From: Candidatus Scalinduaceae bacterium
GTDB taxonomy: Bacteria > Planctomycetota > Brocadiia > Brocadiales > Scalinduaceae
Direction: 5' to 3'
Length of the DNA: 50,416 nt
Assembly (NCBI GenBank): GCA_046759445.1
Contig: JBHICG010000018.1
Span: 1-50,416, forward strand
Shown: positions 1 to 9,397 of the stretch, one piece after another
Layout: each line of letters starts with the position of its first letter
Position numbering within the stretch: position 1 is the stretch's first letter
Program-made: the position numbers and the translations under genes
Notes under the pieces: model-generated
What the model was told of the DNA's origin: nothing
Databases searched by the model: none
What the model saw: only the letters and a program-made list of their open reading frames with translations

Positions 1-1
1 T

Positions 2-82
2 AAAGAACTTGCTCGTAAGTTGAGTCAGCTTGAGAGAAAGATAGAAAAGCATGACGCAGAGATACAAGCAATCTTCTACTAG
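2..82 (+). CDS. 3' end of a gene entering the window; resembles the coiled-coil C-terminus of ORF6N-domain proteins, possibly truncated
   Basis: Frame 2 reads KELARKLSQLERKIEKHDAEIQAIFY* with TAG at 80-82, immediately before the repeat at 83-208. Family resemblance is from memory only. Confidence 0.5.
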   Translation, partial: KELARKLSQLERKIEKHDAEIQAIFY

Positions 83-119
83 TAGAGCGTTTCATTAATA
101 TATTACATTTCAACATATA

Positions 120-181
120 GTAGTCGCAGGTTTTAACCTGCGTAAAATCAGGAAAGAACGCAACCTGAAGGTTGCGGTTAC
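120..181. repeat. REP doublet (REPIN-like): two inverted GTAG/GTAA-led palindromes
   Basis: GTAGTCGCAGGTTTTAACCTGCG (120-142) and CGCAACCTGAAGGTTGCGGTTAC (159-181; reverse complement GTAACCGCAACCTTCAGGTTGCG). Degenerate outer inverted repeat at 83-100 / 191-208 (13/18 match). Confidence 0.8.
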
Positions 182-311
182 CCGTAAACGTTTTAATGAG
201 AGGTTATAACCAGGCTGATTTATGATTTAGTTTCACACAGTCTATCGTTGCAGATAATGTCTGGAAGGTAGAGTGTGTTCTTTTATACAAGAATGAAGCG
301 GAGGTTAATAA

Positions 312-809
312 ATGACGTACCATAATGAGAATGAATCAAATGACGAACGGCCATCGTGGGATGACTATTTTATGGAGGTGGCAAACGCTATATCAAAAAG
401 AGCCACATGCGATCGTGGTAAAAGCGGTTGCGTAATCGCCCGGGATAGACAACTCATTGTCTCAGGGTATGTGGGGTCGCCTATTGGATTTCCACATTGT
501 GATGATGTGGGGCATCAGGTTAAACAGTTGACGCACGAAAATGGAGATGTCACGGAACACTGCATGCGTACCGTCCATGCTGAACAGAATGCTATTTGCC
601 AGGCCGCAAAGATCGGTATTTCAATCTCAGGCGCTACCATCTATACCAGAATGACGCCGTGCAGGACGTGTGCTATGCTTCTTATTAATTGTGGTATCAA
701 AAGAGTTGTATGTGAACGGAAATATCGCCATGGAGGGGAATCGGAAAAGATGTTTAAAGAGGCCGGGATTGAAATGGAATACAAATACAAAGAGACGGAG
801 CAATACTGA
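312..809 (+). CDS. dCMP deaminase (ComEB-like cytidine/deoxycytidylate deaminase family)
   Basis: RPSWDDYFM, RATC, HAEQNA and TPCRTC zinc motifs; GGAGG RBS. Confidence 0.92.
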   Translation: MTYHNENESNDERPSWDDYFMEVANAISKRATCDRGKSGCVIARDRQLIVSGYVGSPIGFPHCDDVGHQVKQLTHENGDVTEHCMRTVHAEQNAICQAAKIGISISGATIYTRMTPCRTCAMLLINCGIKRVVCERKYRHGGESEKMFKEAGIEMEYKYKETEQY

Positions 810-833
810 AAATGAAAGTGAGGAGTTTAATTC

Positions 834-1400
834 ATGAAAAAATCCATAGGAGCAAAGACAATAGCATTTCCTACGCCTGTATGGGTTGTGGGGACATATG
901 ATAGGGAACGTAGACCAAACGTGATGACTGTGGCCTGGGGTGGGATTTGCTGTTCTAAGCCCCCGTGTGTCAATGTATCTCTAAGAAAAGCAACTTATTC
1001 TTATAATGGTATTATGGAAAGAAAGGCATTTACCATAAATATTCCTTCTGAAGAGTATGTTAAAGAGGCTGATTATTTTGGGATTGCAACTGGGAAAAAA
1101 GTGGACAAATTTACGGCTACCGGACTCACTCCAATTAAGAGCGACATAGTCGATGCTCCCTTTGTAAATGAATTTCCGTTGATTCTGGAATGTAAAATGA
1201 TTCAGGTTGTTGAGGTCGGGCTGCACACGCAATTTATTGGAGAAATTGTTGACGTTAAGGCTGACGCATCTGTACTTGGTGAAAAAGGGTTGCCAGATAT
1301 TGAGAAGCTTAAACCAATTCTTTACAGCCCGGAAATCCGTACATATCACGGAGTAGGGAAATATCTTGGACAAGCGTTTTCTATAGGTAGGGAGATATAA
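834..1400 (+). CDS. flavin reductase-like / flavoredoxin family protein
   Basis: [47 protein letters not shown]. Confidence 0.88.
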   Translation: MKKSIGAKTIAFPTPVWVVGTYDRERRPNVMTVAWGGICCSKPPCVNVSLRKATYSYNGIMERKAFTINIPSEEYVKEADYFGIATGKKVDKFTATGLTPIKSDIVDAPFVNEFPLILECKMIQVVEVGLHTQFIGEIVDVKADASVLGEKGLPDIEKLKPILYSPEIRTYHGVGKYLGQAFSIGREI

Positions 1401-1411
1401 ATAAAAATTAT

Positions 1412-1505
1412 CCCGCCCCCATTCCCCCCGCTGCTTTCTTGCCGAAAGTAGGCTCTGTAAGAGCGAAAGCAAGATGCGGGGGGGGTTCCAGAGTTTGCTT
1501 GCGGG
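1412..1505. repeat. GC-rich multi-stem palindromic element between convergent genes (possible bidirectional terminator or repeat remnant)
   Basis: Nested pairings CCCGC(1412-16)/GCGGG(1501-05), CCCCCCGC(1424-31)/GCGGGGGG(1476-83), TGCTTTC(1432-38)/GAAAGCA(1465-71), inner hairpin GCTCT-gta-AGAGC. Confidence 0.6.
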
Positions 1506-1553
1506 GTCAGATGCATGAAACATGGAAGTAATTGAGAAGTTTGAGATGGGATT

Positions 1554-2600
1554 TTATTCATTTACGTATTCTGAATCTTCCTTTTTGATGCTGTGGCGAA
1601 TCAGGGTGCGCAGGATGAAACTTCTATTTGCTCCTCCCAGAAGCTGATTCAAATTATCATAAAGAACAGGGTCGCTAATAATAGCGCCAAGCGAACCTTC
1701 GCCCTCTACAATCTTTTGAGTAACGGACTTCAAGTCCTCTGTGGCCTGTGCCAGATTGTCAAGTATCTCTTTATTTTCTTCATCATATAAAATGGCATGT
1801 AAAAGCCCATCCCCATCACTTATTTGATGAGTTACCTTATCAACTTCTTTCGATAGGTTAGCTATCTTTTCTACAAAGGTCTTATATTCTTTATCATAAA
1901 TCAATGCATTTAATATGTTATCACCTTCTATAATATCCTGTGTAATCTTTTTAAGATTTTCACTACTCTTTGATATGTTATCTATTAGATCATTGCCTTT
2001 GGGTTCATATATTAAGCCATGAAGCATGCCACTACCAGTCTTGATTTCATCAACGATTTTTTTAAGAGATTTCGCTGAGTTGCTTAATGTTTCAACAAGT
2101 TTTGCTTCTTCAAATTTTTTCAGGTTTTTGTAAATAGTATCAACTACGTTTATGCCGCTTTCAAAGGCTTCAGAGTAATCTGGAGGGTCGATTCCTTGTA
2201 TGAAATCTCCTTCTTTGACCATAGCCTTATTACGGCTTCCAATTATGATTTCAATGTAAGGGTCGCCTGTAACGTAACTGAGCCACTTTATTGATGCAAA
2301 AGAATCTGTCCTTATCCTATTCTGTACTCTTGTTTCAATCTTCATTGTTACTTCAAGCTTATTCTCACTTAAATCTTGTGGTATATTTACGTCAACAACT
2401 TTACCTACAGTAACACCAGCCAACCTCACAGGCGCGCCTGCCTGTATACCTACTACGTTTGAAAATGTTGTGTAAATGGTAAACTGTTTCTTAAAGTATC
2501 CCTTTTCCGTTCCAAGCACAAAGATTACAATTGAAAAAGCCGTCAACATGATAAGGACGAAGAAACCGGTACGAAGTGCAATAATCTGTTCTTTTTTCAT
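1554..2600 (-). CDS. mlaD: MCE/MlaD family protein with long helical C-terminus
   Basis: N-terminal TM, GIQAGAPVRLAGVTVGKV MCE motif, repeated G-x-G-x-L-x-x-LIYD helical units; downstream of mlaEF. Confidence 0.9.
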   Translation of the reverse strand: MKKEQIIALRTGFFVLIMLTAFSIVIFVLGTEKGYFKKQFTIYTTFSNVVGIQAGAPVRLAGVTVGKVVDVNIPQDLSENKLEVTMKIETRVQNRIRTDSFASIKWLSYVTGDPYIEIIIGSRNKAMVKEGDFIQGIDPPDYSEAFESGINVVDTIYKNLKKFEEAKLVETLSNSAKSLKKIVDEIKTGSGMLHGLIYEPKGNDLIDNISKSSENLKKITQDIIEGDNILNALIYDKEYKTFVEKIANLSKEVDKVTHQISDGDGLLHAILYDEENKEILDNLAQATEDLKSVTQKIVEGEGSLGAIISDPVLYDNLNQLLGGANRSFILRTLIRHSIKKEDSEYVNE

Positions 2601-2689
2601 AACTTTAGTTTAGAAAATACAATTTGGATGAAGGAATCATTTCATTACGATAGGAAAGCTTATTGTTTCCTGTTAAATTGATTACTCTT

Positions 2690-2834
2690 ACCTAAATTGA
2701 GCGATTTTGTAGCCTCAACCTTGAGGTTGCGCAACTTACGTGGATTCATCAAATGATGAGAAACGCAGGCGGGCAATCTTAAGATTGCCTTAAGTCAGCG
2801 GTTACAATATGATATAAAATCGCTCAATTTAGGT
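2690..2834 (+). mobile_element. ~145 bp non-autonomous TIR element (MITE-like) carrying a REP doublet, copy 1
   Basis: 19 bp terminal inverted repeat ACCTAAATTGAGCGATTTT...AAAATCGCTCAATTTAGGT; near-identical copies at 13981-14130 and 25290-25439. Confidence 0.88.
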
Positions 2835-3038
2835 CTTAGTTATTTAATAAGTAGTATACATAATTTAATGATGGATGTTAAATATTTTTGTTTATTAAAT
2901 TAAATCAAAAGGAATAAGGTTTACTTGAGATGGCGGTTGAAATAAATAATACCATCTGGAACTTGATGATTTATTTACACCCTGGGATTGATAAAATGAC
3001 AATAGATTATGAGATGTGTCCCTTCATTTATCTCATTT

Positions 3039-3779
3039 CTAATAACGACTTCCTGCAATAAAGTCTCTAATTACCTTGTGTTCTGAGTTCTCAAAATTAT
3101 CCCACGTACCTTCTGTAATAATTTTTCCCTCAAAGATCATAGCCATCCTATCAGATACCTTTTTAACGCAATGCAAATCATGAGTAACTACAATAGACGT
3201 TATTCCTAATTTACTTTGAAGGTTAAGAATCAATTCATTTATTTTCTCAGCCGTTATAGGGTCTATTCCAGTGGTGGGTTCATCGTACAGGATAATCTTT
3301 GGTTCTATCGCTATAGCTCTGGCAAGACCGACTCTTTTTTTCATGCCGCCACTAAGTTCATCTGGTATCTTATTTTCTACTCCCTCCAGCCCAACAAGAC
3401 TAAGTTTTTCTTTTATTTTATCTTTTATCTCTTTTTCTGTTAAGCTCATATGTTCTCGAAGGGGATATGCTATATTTTCATAAACAGTCAGGGAGTCAAA
3501 GAGGGCTGCGCCCTGAAAAAGTATCCCGATATTTCTACGGATTTTTGTCAATTCTTCTTCTTTCAAAGGAACAATGTCTTTGCCCATAACAAATATTTCA
3601 CCTTTGTCAGGTTTAAGTATTCCGATTAATTCTTTAAGAAGTACGCTTTTACCAACGCCACTACTGCCAATAAGAGACATTATCTCTCCCTCTTTAATGC
3701 GCAGATTAATGCCTGCATGTACTACGGAACCATTAAACAACGTATGTATGTTTTTTAGCTCGATAATTGCTTTATTCAT
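3039..3779 (-). CDS. mlaF: ABC transporter ATP-binding protein, MlaF/Mkl family
   Basis: Walker A GSSGVGKS, FQGAALFDSLTV, LSGGMKKRVGLARA, YDEPTTG. Confidence 0.93.
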   Translation of the reverse strand: MNKAIIELKNIHTLFNGSVVHAGINLRIKEGEIMSLIGSSGVGKSVLLKELIGILKPDKGEIFVMGKDIVPLKEEELTKIRRNIGILFQGAALFDSLTVYENIAYPLREHMSLTEKEIKDKIKEKLSLVGLEGVENKIPDELSGGMKKRVGLARAIAIEPKIILYDEPTTGIDPITAEKINELILNLQSKLGITSIVVTHDLHCVKKVSDRMAMIFEGKIITEGTWDNFENSEHKVIRDFIAGSRY

Positions 3780-4558
3780 TAAAAAATTAAAAAGAATAAC
3801 TTTGTCAAAAAGAAATCAGATATGATTATGAGCAAGGCGATCGTTACGACGGCAATAGTCGTTGATTTTCCGACACCGGTAGTACCACCGGTTGTATTAA
3901 GTCCGAAGTAGCACCCTATCAGGGCAATTATAAATCCAAAAACGACTGTTTTTGCTACGCCACTACAGAAGTCAGAAATCCCTATAGTCCACCAAACCGT
4001 ATTAAGATAATACTGATAACCAATATTTAATTCTAGCACCGCTATTACCATCCCGCCAAAAACTCCAACAATATCAGCGGCAACAGTTAGTAATGGCACT
4101 ACGAAAATTGCCGCAAATATTTTGGGAGATACAAGTTTCTTAATGGGGTCCGCGCCCAGCGCTCTTATGGCATCTATTTGTTCTGTAACCTTCATAGACC
4201 CAATTTCAGCGGCAATTCCTGAACCCATACGTCCTCCAACCATGATTGATGCCAGGACAGGGGACATCTCGCGCACCATTGATAAAGATACAACGGAGCC
4301 GACGTATAATTCAGCGCCATAATAGCGCAAGCCATAAATAGTTTGCAGCGCCAAAACCATACCTGCGAAGAGCGCTATTGTGCATACTACCATAAGCGAC
4401 TTTACTCCTATGTTGTCAGTTTCCTTTACTAAAAGATTAAAATTGAAAGGTGGCGTAAATATTCCACGGAATCCTTTATAGGCAAGAATAGTCGCCTCTC
4501 CTACAGTTATCATAAACTTTTTCCCTCTATCATCCAGATTTAATAACATCTGCTTCAT
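3779..4558 (-). CDS. mlaE: ABC transporter permease, MlaE family
   Basis: GRMGSGIAAEIGSMKVTEQIDA motif, GGTTGVGKSTT; TAATG coupling to mlaF. Confidence 0.93.
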   Translation of the reverse strand: MKQMLLNLDDRGKKFMITVGEATILAYKGFRGIFTPPFNFNLLVKETDNIGVKSLMVVCTIALFAGMVLALQTIYGLRYYGAELYVGSVVSLSMVREMSPVLASIMVGGRMGSGIAAEIGSMKVTEQIDAIRALGADPIKKLVSPKIFAAIFVVPLLTVAADIVGVFGGMVIAVLELNIGYQYYLNTVWWTIGISDFCSGVAKTVVFGFIIALIGCYFGLNTTGGTTGVGKSTTIAVVTIALLIIISDFFLTKLFFLIF

Positions 4559-4643
4559 TATAAATTAGTTCCTTCCAATCGCTGATTTAGCAAAGAAAAG
4601 TGAATTTCAGAAAATCGGAGTAGTGTTTTTAACTGTAAAATCA

Positions 4644-5189
4644 TTACAACTGTTCTGTTTGATGCGTAATAAATTTGAAACTTTTGACAACTCTCTCGAA
4701 ATCATCTATAGAGGTATCGAATTTATCTGGGGTTGACCAATATATTATATCGTAAATAAAGTCACTTGAATTAATAATGTAAGCGCTAATTTTTACCTTA
4801 AAGTCATCTAATACACCTTCTAATACTATATTAAGAGCTCTTCGGTGATCAACATAAACATATTGCTTTTCTAAAATACTCTTTCTTTTTATGCCGATAA
4901 AAAGTTGTTTGTATAATGCATCTAAGGTCGCTTTGTTAGTATTTGTGTTATGTGAAATAATAGCAAATGTGGCGTTATTATGCTTGTTTCGCATGGCCAG
5001 GTCTTCATTGTTGACCTTGACCCTCTCCCAGGATTCATCAGGAAGTGTTATCTTATAAAAACTTTGAGGATTTAAAAACTTATTATCAATTATTTGTGTA
5101 GAGTGACAACCCATAAATAACAGAAGAATACAAGATGTTATTAACCATAATTTACTTTCCACTTTTATTCTATAAGTATAAGGTGTCAT
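4644..5189 (-). CDS. putative lipoprotein (PsbP/DcrB-like fold possible), first gene of the mla operon
   Basis: Hydrophobic stretch ending LLFMGC (lipobox-like); C-terminal FERVVKSFKF pattern. Confidence 0.6.
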   Translation of the reverse strand: MTPYTYRIKVESKLWLITSCILLLFMGCHSTQIIDNKFLNPQSFYKITLPDESWERVKVNNEDLAMRNKHNNATFAIISHNTNTNKATLDALYKQLFIGIKRKSILEKQYVYVDHRRALNIVLEGVLDDFKVKISAYIINSSDFIYDIIYWSTPDKFDTSIDDFERVVKSFKFITHQTEQL

Positions 5190-5407
5190 TATGAATTGGG
5201 TCTACTTGGGCCAGTTAGAGAATTAAAAAAACCTTAATTTAAGTATTACAGTTTGACTTTTTTATGTCAATAAAAAGATTTGTGTTTTGTATCTTTTTAT
5301 AGATAATTACTATCTTGAATTATAGAATAACGTAAGCACTAATGTGAAAGTGGGTAGGTTTAAAAACAAATGCTTTCGAATCACATTTACGTGTTAAAGG
5401 AGAAATT

Positions 5408-6613
5408 ATGATTAGTGTTGACGAAGCAGTACAAATCGTTCTTAAGAAAATAAAAACTCTACCGCCAAAAAAAGTGAGGTTGGATGATGCATTAGGACTG
5501 TGCATGGCTGAAGAAATAAGGTCAGATTTAGACATGCCACCATTTAATAAGTCTGCAATGGATGGTTATGCCGTTATTGCCAAAGATATAGTCAATGTTC
5601 CGGCAGACCTTGACGTAATCGAGAATATACGTGCTGGTTATAATCCAAAGAAAAAGGTTAGAAGAGGGCAAGCGGCAAAGATTATGACGGGTTCCGTTGT
5701 ACCCAGGGGTGCTGATGTGGTCGTAAAGGTGGAGGAAACAAAATCACTAAGTGAGACAAGGGTTCGTATTTTGAGAAAAATGTCTAAAGGAAATAATATT
5801 GCAAAAAAAGGTGAAGACATGCGAGCCGGATACATTGTTCTTAGAAGGGGAACAAAGATTAGACCGCAGGAAGTAGGTATTCTTGCCACAGTTGGTGCTG
5901 AAAAGGTTAAGGTCTTTTCAACTCCAAACATCGGGATTATTTCTACAGGTGATGAGTTGGTAAAAATAACCCGTAAACCAAAACCATGGCAAATACGTAA
6001 CAGTAATAGTCATTCTCTGGCTGCGCAGGCTCGGCAGATTGTCGCAGACGTTGAGATACTGGGTATGGCTAATGATGATAAAAACGAGATAAAAAAACTC
6101 GTCAAAAAAGGTTTTAAAAAAGATATATTGATCTTATCAGGCGGGGTTTCAATGGGAGAGTACGACCTTGTTGGAGAAGTGTTAAGGGATAACGGTGTTA
6201 AGATATTTTTTGAGAAGGTAGCCCTTAGACCAGGCAAACCTACCGTTTTTGGTAAAAAGGATGATACATTGATATTTGCGCTTCCTGGTAATCCTGTATC
6301 AACTTTTGTTACCTTTGAATTATTTGTAAGACCGAGTATTAAAAAGATGATGGGATTCCAATTTTATGAAAATTCTGTTTTATATGCGGAAGTGGAAAAG
6401 GAGATTAAGGTCAAGAGAAAGCGACGAGAATATCGGCCAGCCTTTTTGAGGTACGTAGATCGTACGTGGAAGGTTTCACCTGTTGGATGGCATGGTTCCG
6501 GTGATTTGTTTTCGACTACAAAGGCTAATTGTTTGCTCATTATCAGAGAGTCTGTTGAGAAACTAGATTATGGCGACTCGGTAGAAGTTATGTTGATTGA
6601 TAGTTTTTGTTGA
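5408..6613 (+). CDS. moeA: molybdopterin molybdenumtransferase
   Basis: PPFNKSAMDGYA, IMTG, STGDEL, SGGVSMG, LPGNPVS motifs. Confidence 0.95.
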   Translation: MISVDEAVQIVLKKIKTLPPKKVRLDDALGLCMAEEIRSDLDMPPFNKSAMDGYAVIAKDIVNVPADLDVIENIRAGYNPKKKVRRGQAAKIMTGSVVPRGADVVVKVEETKSLSETRVRILRKMSKGNNIAKKGEDMRAGYIVLRRGTKIRPQEVGILATVGAEKVKVFSTPNIGIISTGDELVKITRKPKPWQIRNSNSHSLAAQARQIVADVEILGMANDDKNEIKKLVKKGFKKDILILSGGVSMGEYDLVGEVLRDNGVKIFFEKVALRPGKPTVFGKKDDTLIFALPGNPVSTFVTFELFVRPSIKKMMGFQFYENSVLYAEVEKEIKVKRKRREYRPAFLRYVDRTWKVSPVGWHGSGDLFSTTKANCLLIIRESVEKLDYGDSVEVMLIDSFC

Positions 6614-6716
6614 TAGAATTTGACGTCGTATTGTCTATGCAGAAAACATCTCTATTTGTAATAATCACGTACGTTATGAATAGATAACATGAACAATAGA
6701 AGACAAAAGTTTTCTG

Positions 6717-7568
6717 TCAGGTGAATGGCGTGGGTTGATAGAAGCTGATTTGGTGTGGAGTTTCAGGCGGTTGCTTATCGTCTTTACCCCACAGTTTAAG
6801 AAGCTCTTTCGTTAGGCTTGAGTAATCTTTTGCACCCATTGACCGAGGGGAGAAGCTAAAAATATCTTTGTTTGATAGTTGAGACCGATTAAGTGGTTCA
6901 TTTCTCTTTATTCTTGTCTTTAATATCTTACTCTTGAGAGACGCAAGCTGCTTCATTACATATTTATTACTGGAGGTATACCTGCTGTCTACGAGAGTCA
7001 TAAATATTCTAAAGTTGTCAAAGGATTCACCCTTTATCGAGGGAATGGTTTCCAAAAGATCTGCAAGCCCATCCAATGAGCCCCTTGACATTTCACACGG
7101 GATTAAGATAAAGTCTGATGCCTTTATGGCATTTGTTGCCAAAACCCCCAATCCCGGAGGGCAATCTATTATGACATAATCGTAATTTAACTTAACTGGT
7201 TTCAGGCATGATAATAAAAAGTCCTCCCTGAAATATCGGTAGGTTCTATAGAGTTTTTCAATAACTTCTGTCAATTTCGTGCCAGCGGGCACTAAATCTA
7301 AACCACGTCTTTTTGAATGTATGATAATATCTTTGATATTTTTTTCCAATAACAATGTGTATAATTGATCTGCCTTTACGCTAAGAATATCTTGTAAGCT
7401 TTCTTGTTCTGCCCCAATATGGATACCAAGTCCACGGCTCGAATGAGCTTGAGGGTCTGTGTCAACTAATAAGACCATTTTACCGTTGATGGCCAGGCAA
7501 TTCGATAGGTTAATACTCGTCGTCGTCTTTCCTACACCACCTTTATTGTTTATAATGCTTACTATCAT
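6717..7568 (-). CDS. ParA/Soj family ATPase (no adjacent parB)
   Basis: Deviant Walker A KGGVGKTT, DTDPQ, IDCPP. Confidence 0.9.
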   Translation of the reverse strand: MIVSIINNKGGVGKTTTSINLSNCLAINGKMVLLVDTDPQAHSSRGLGIHIGAEQESLQDILSVKADQLYTLLLEKNIKDIIIHSKRRGLDLVPAGTKLTEVIEKLYRTYRYFREDFLLSCLKPVKLNYDYVIIDCPPGLGVLATNAIKASDFILIPCEMSRGSLDGLADLLETIPSIKGESFDNFRIFMTLVDSRYTSSNKYVMKQLASLKSKILKTRIKRNEPLNRSQLSNKDIFSFSPRSMGAKDYSSLTKELLKLWGKDDKQPPETPHQISFYQPTPFT

Positions 7569-7702
7569 TTTTTAACTAATTGCCCTTGACTGCTAAAAAA
7601 GTAATTTAATATGCGTTAATATCGAAATAATCCAGCCATAAGTATAACTAATTAGGATAGATATAATCATAACAGAAAAATTATTGCAAGGAAAAAATCC
7701 TA

Positions 7703-9307
7703 TTGGATAAAAAGGCCTTTTATATAAATCTTATTCTTTCTTTTCTGACAATCCTTCTGCTTTCATTCTCTTTTCCATCGCCTGGTATAAGCGTTTTGAT
7801 ATGGATTGCTTTAGTTCCCTGGTGCATAATCTTATTAACCGGATATAAAGTAGGATTATTTTCATACCTGATTGGTGCATTATTTTTTATTTTTAATTTA
7901 TCATGGCTGCGATTTGTCACATATCCCGGTTGGATTTTATTAAGTCTTTATTTGGCAGCCTACTTACTTGCTTTTAGTGTAATCTCGCAATATTTGTACA
8001 GGAGGCTAAGGCTGCCCCTTGTTTGTATTGTTCCTTTTGTTTGGGTTGCCTTTGAGTATTTAAGGTCGTTTCCATTTATGGGATTCCCATGGTTTTTTTT
8101 AGGACATAGTCAATATCAAAATCTTTATATAATACAAATTGCTGATATTACTGGTGTGTATGGTGTGTCATTTCTTGTTATTTTGTTTAACGCAGCCATT
8201 GCAGATTTGACAAGGCAATTGTTATTAAAAAGAAAGTTCAAATTAAGAATAGATGTATTAGCTATAGCTAATAAAAATAGAATCTTGAATTACTTTACTA
8301 TAATTGTTCCATGTCTTTTATTGTGTTTTAGCTTAACTTATGGTTACTTTAGTTTAAATAGTTATAAGTCTTCACAGGATGGACCAACCGTTTGTGTGGT
8401 TCAAGGAAATATTCCTCAAAGCGTCAAGATTGATCCTGATGAGAAACAACAAGAGGAAATATTGATGAAATACGTAAATTTATCTCTAGGAACAAATGGA
8501 AAGGGAATTGACCTGATTGTCTGGCCAGAGACTATGGTTCCTGGTATTCTTAATATTAATCCAGAAATTCTTGACAGACAAATTGATAGGTTATCCAAAG
8601 AATCAATGCAAAAAGTGGCAAACACTACCGGTGCCAGTTTGATTGTGGGGGGTACGGCTATCGACGTAAATGAAAAACACCCCTTATATTTTAATACGGC
8701 TTTTTATTATGACAGTCAAGGGCAACTTATAGATCGTTATGACAAAATACATCTGGTTCCTTTTGGAGAATTTATACCATTAGAAGACTATTTTCCGTTT
8801 CTTGCCCGTTTGGTGCCTTACGAGGTTAGCTTGAGCAGTGGCAAAAGAAGGACCATGTTTGAACTTGACGCAAAAAAAGCCGATAAGGTTTTTAAATTTG
8901 GAGTAATAATATGTTACGAAGACACGGTTGCACCACTGGTAAGAGATTATGGGAGAGAGGGAGTTGATTTCATGTTAAACATTACAAACGATGCATGGTT
9001 TTGCGATAGTTCTGAGTTAGATCAGCATCTTGCAATGATGGTTTTTAGGGCTGTTGAAAATAGAATTTGTATTGTACGTGCTGCAAATACAGGCATTTCT
9101 TCCTTTGTTGCGGCAAGTGGAGAAATATATGATCGCTTAGTCAGGGATGGAAAACAAAGAGAGATAGATGGCATATTATGTAACAATATAAGGTTTGTAA
9201 ATAAAGCAAATACGTGGTATACGAATCATGGTGAGGTGTTTGCCGTTTCATGTTTATTAGTATCCGCTATGTTGTTTATGTTTCAGTTAACAAGAAAAAC
9301 AAGGTGA
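7703..9307 (+). CDS. lnt: apolipoprotein N-acyltransferase
   Basis: Multi-TM N-terminus, QGNIPQ, WPET, YDKIHLVPFGE, ICYED, TNDAWF, RAANTGIS. Confidence 0.95.
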   Translation: MDKKAFYINLILSFLTILLLSFSFPSPGISVLIWIALVPWCIILLTGYKVGLFSYLIGALFFIFNLSWLRFVTYPGWILLSLYLAAYLLAFSVISQYLYRRLRLPLVCIVPFVWVAFEYLRSFPFMGFPWFFLGHSQYQNLYIIQIADITGVYGVSFLVILFNAAIADLTRQLLLKRKFKLRIDVLAIANKNRILNYFTIIVPCLLLCFSLTYGYFSLNSYKSSQDGPTVCVVQGNIPQSVKIDPDEKQQEEILMKYVNLSLGTNGKGIDLIVWPETMVPGILNINPEILDRQIDRLSKESMQKVANTTGASLIVGGTAIDVNEKHPLYFNTAFYYDSQGQLIDRYDKIHLVPFGEFIPLEDYFPFLARLVPYEVSLSSGKRRTMFELDAKKADKVFKFGVIICYEDTVAPLVRDYGREGVDFMLNITNDAWFCDSSELDQHLAMMVFRAVENRICIVRAANTGISSFVAASGEIYDRLVRDGKQREIDGILCNNIRFVNKANTWYTNHGEVFAVSCLLVSAMLFMFQLTRKTR

Positions 9308-9315
9308 ATTTTCAC

Positions 9316-9343
9316 TTGACTTTTGTATAGGTGACCGTATAAT
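9316..9343 (+). promoter_or_regulatory. sigma70-type promoter of the mre operon
   Basis: TTGACT (9316-21), 16 bp spacer, TATAAT (9338-43). Confidence 0.65.
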
Positions 9344-9397
9344 CGGCCTCGTAAACCTATGTAGAAATTTAGCTTATATTCATAATCTCGGTAGTAA

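Noticed and set aside
1424..1483. Hammerhead ribozyme or riboswitch
   Set aside because: GAAA segments are present but there is no CUGAnGA core on either strand, and the site is 3' of both flanking genes.
981..1523. 180-aa minus-strand ORF and the many other short antisense ORFs in the track
   Set aside because: They overlap well-supported genes on the opposite strand and show no motifs; treated as shadow ORFs.
2690..2834. Repeat copies as a CRISPR array or RNA gene
   Set aside because: Copies are dispersed about 11 kb apart with no repeat-spacer periodicity, no cas genes, and no tRNA cloverleaf or T-loop motif.
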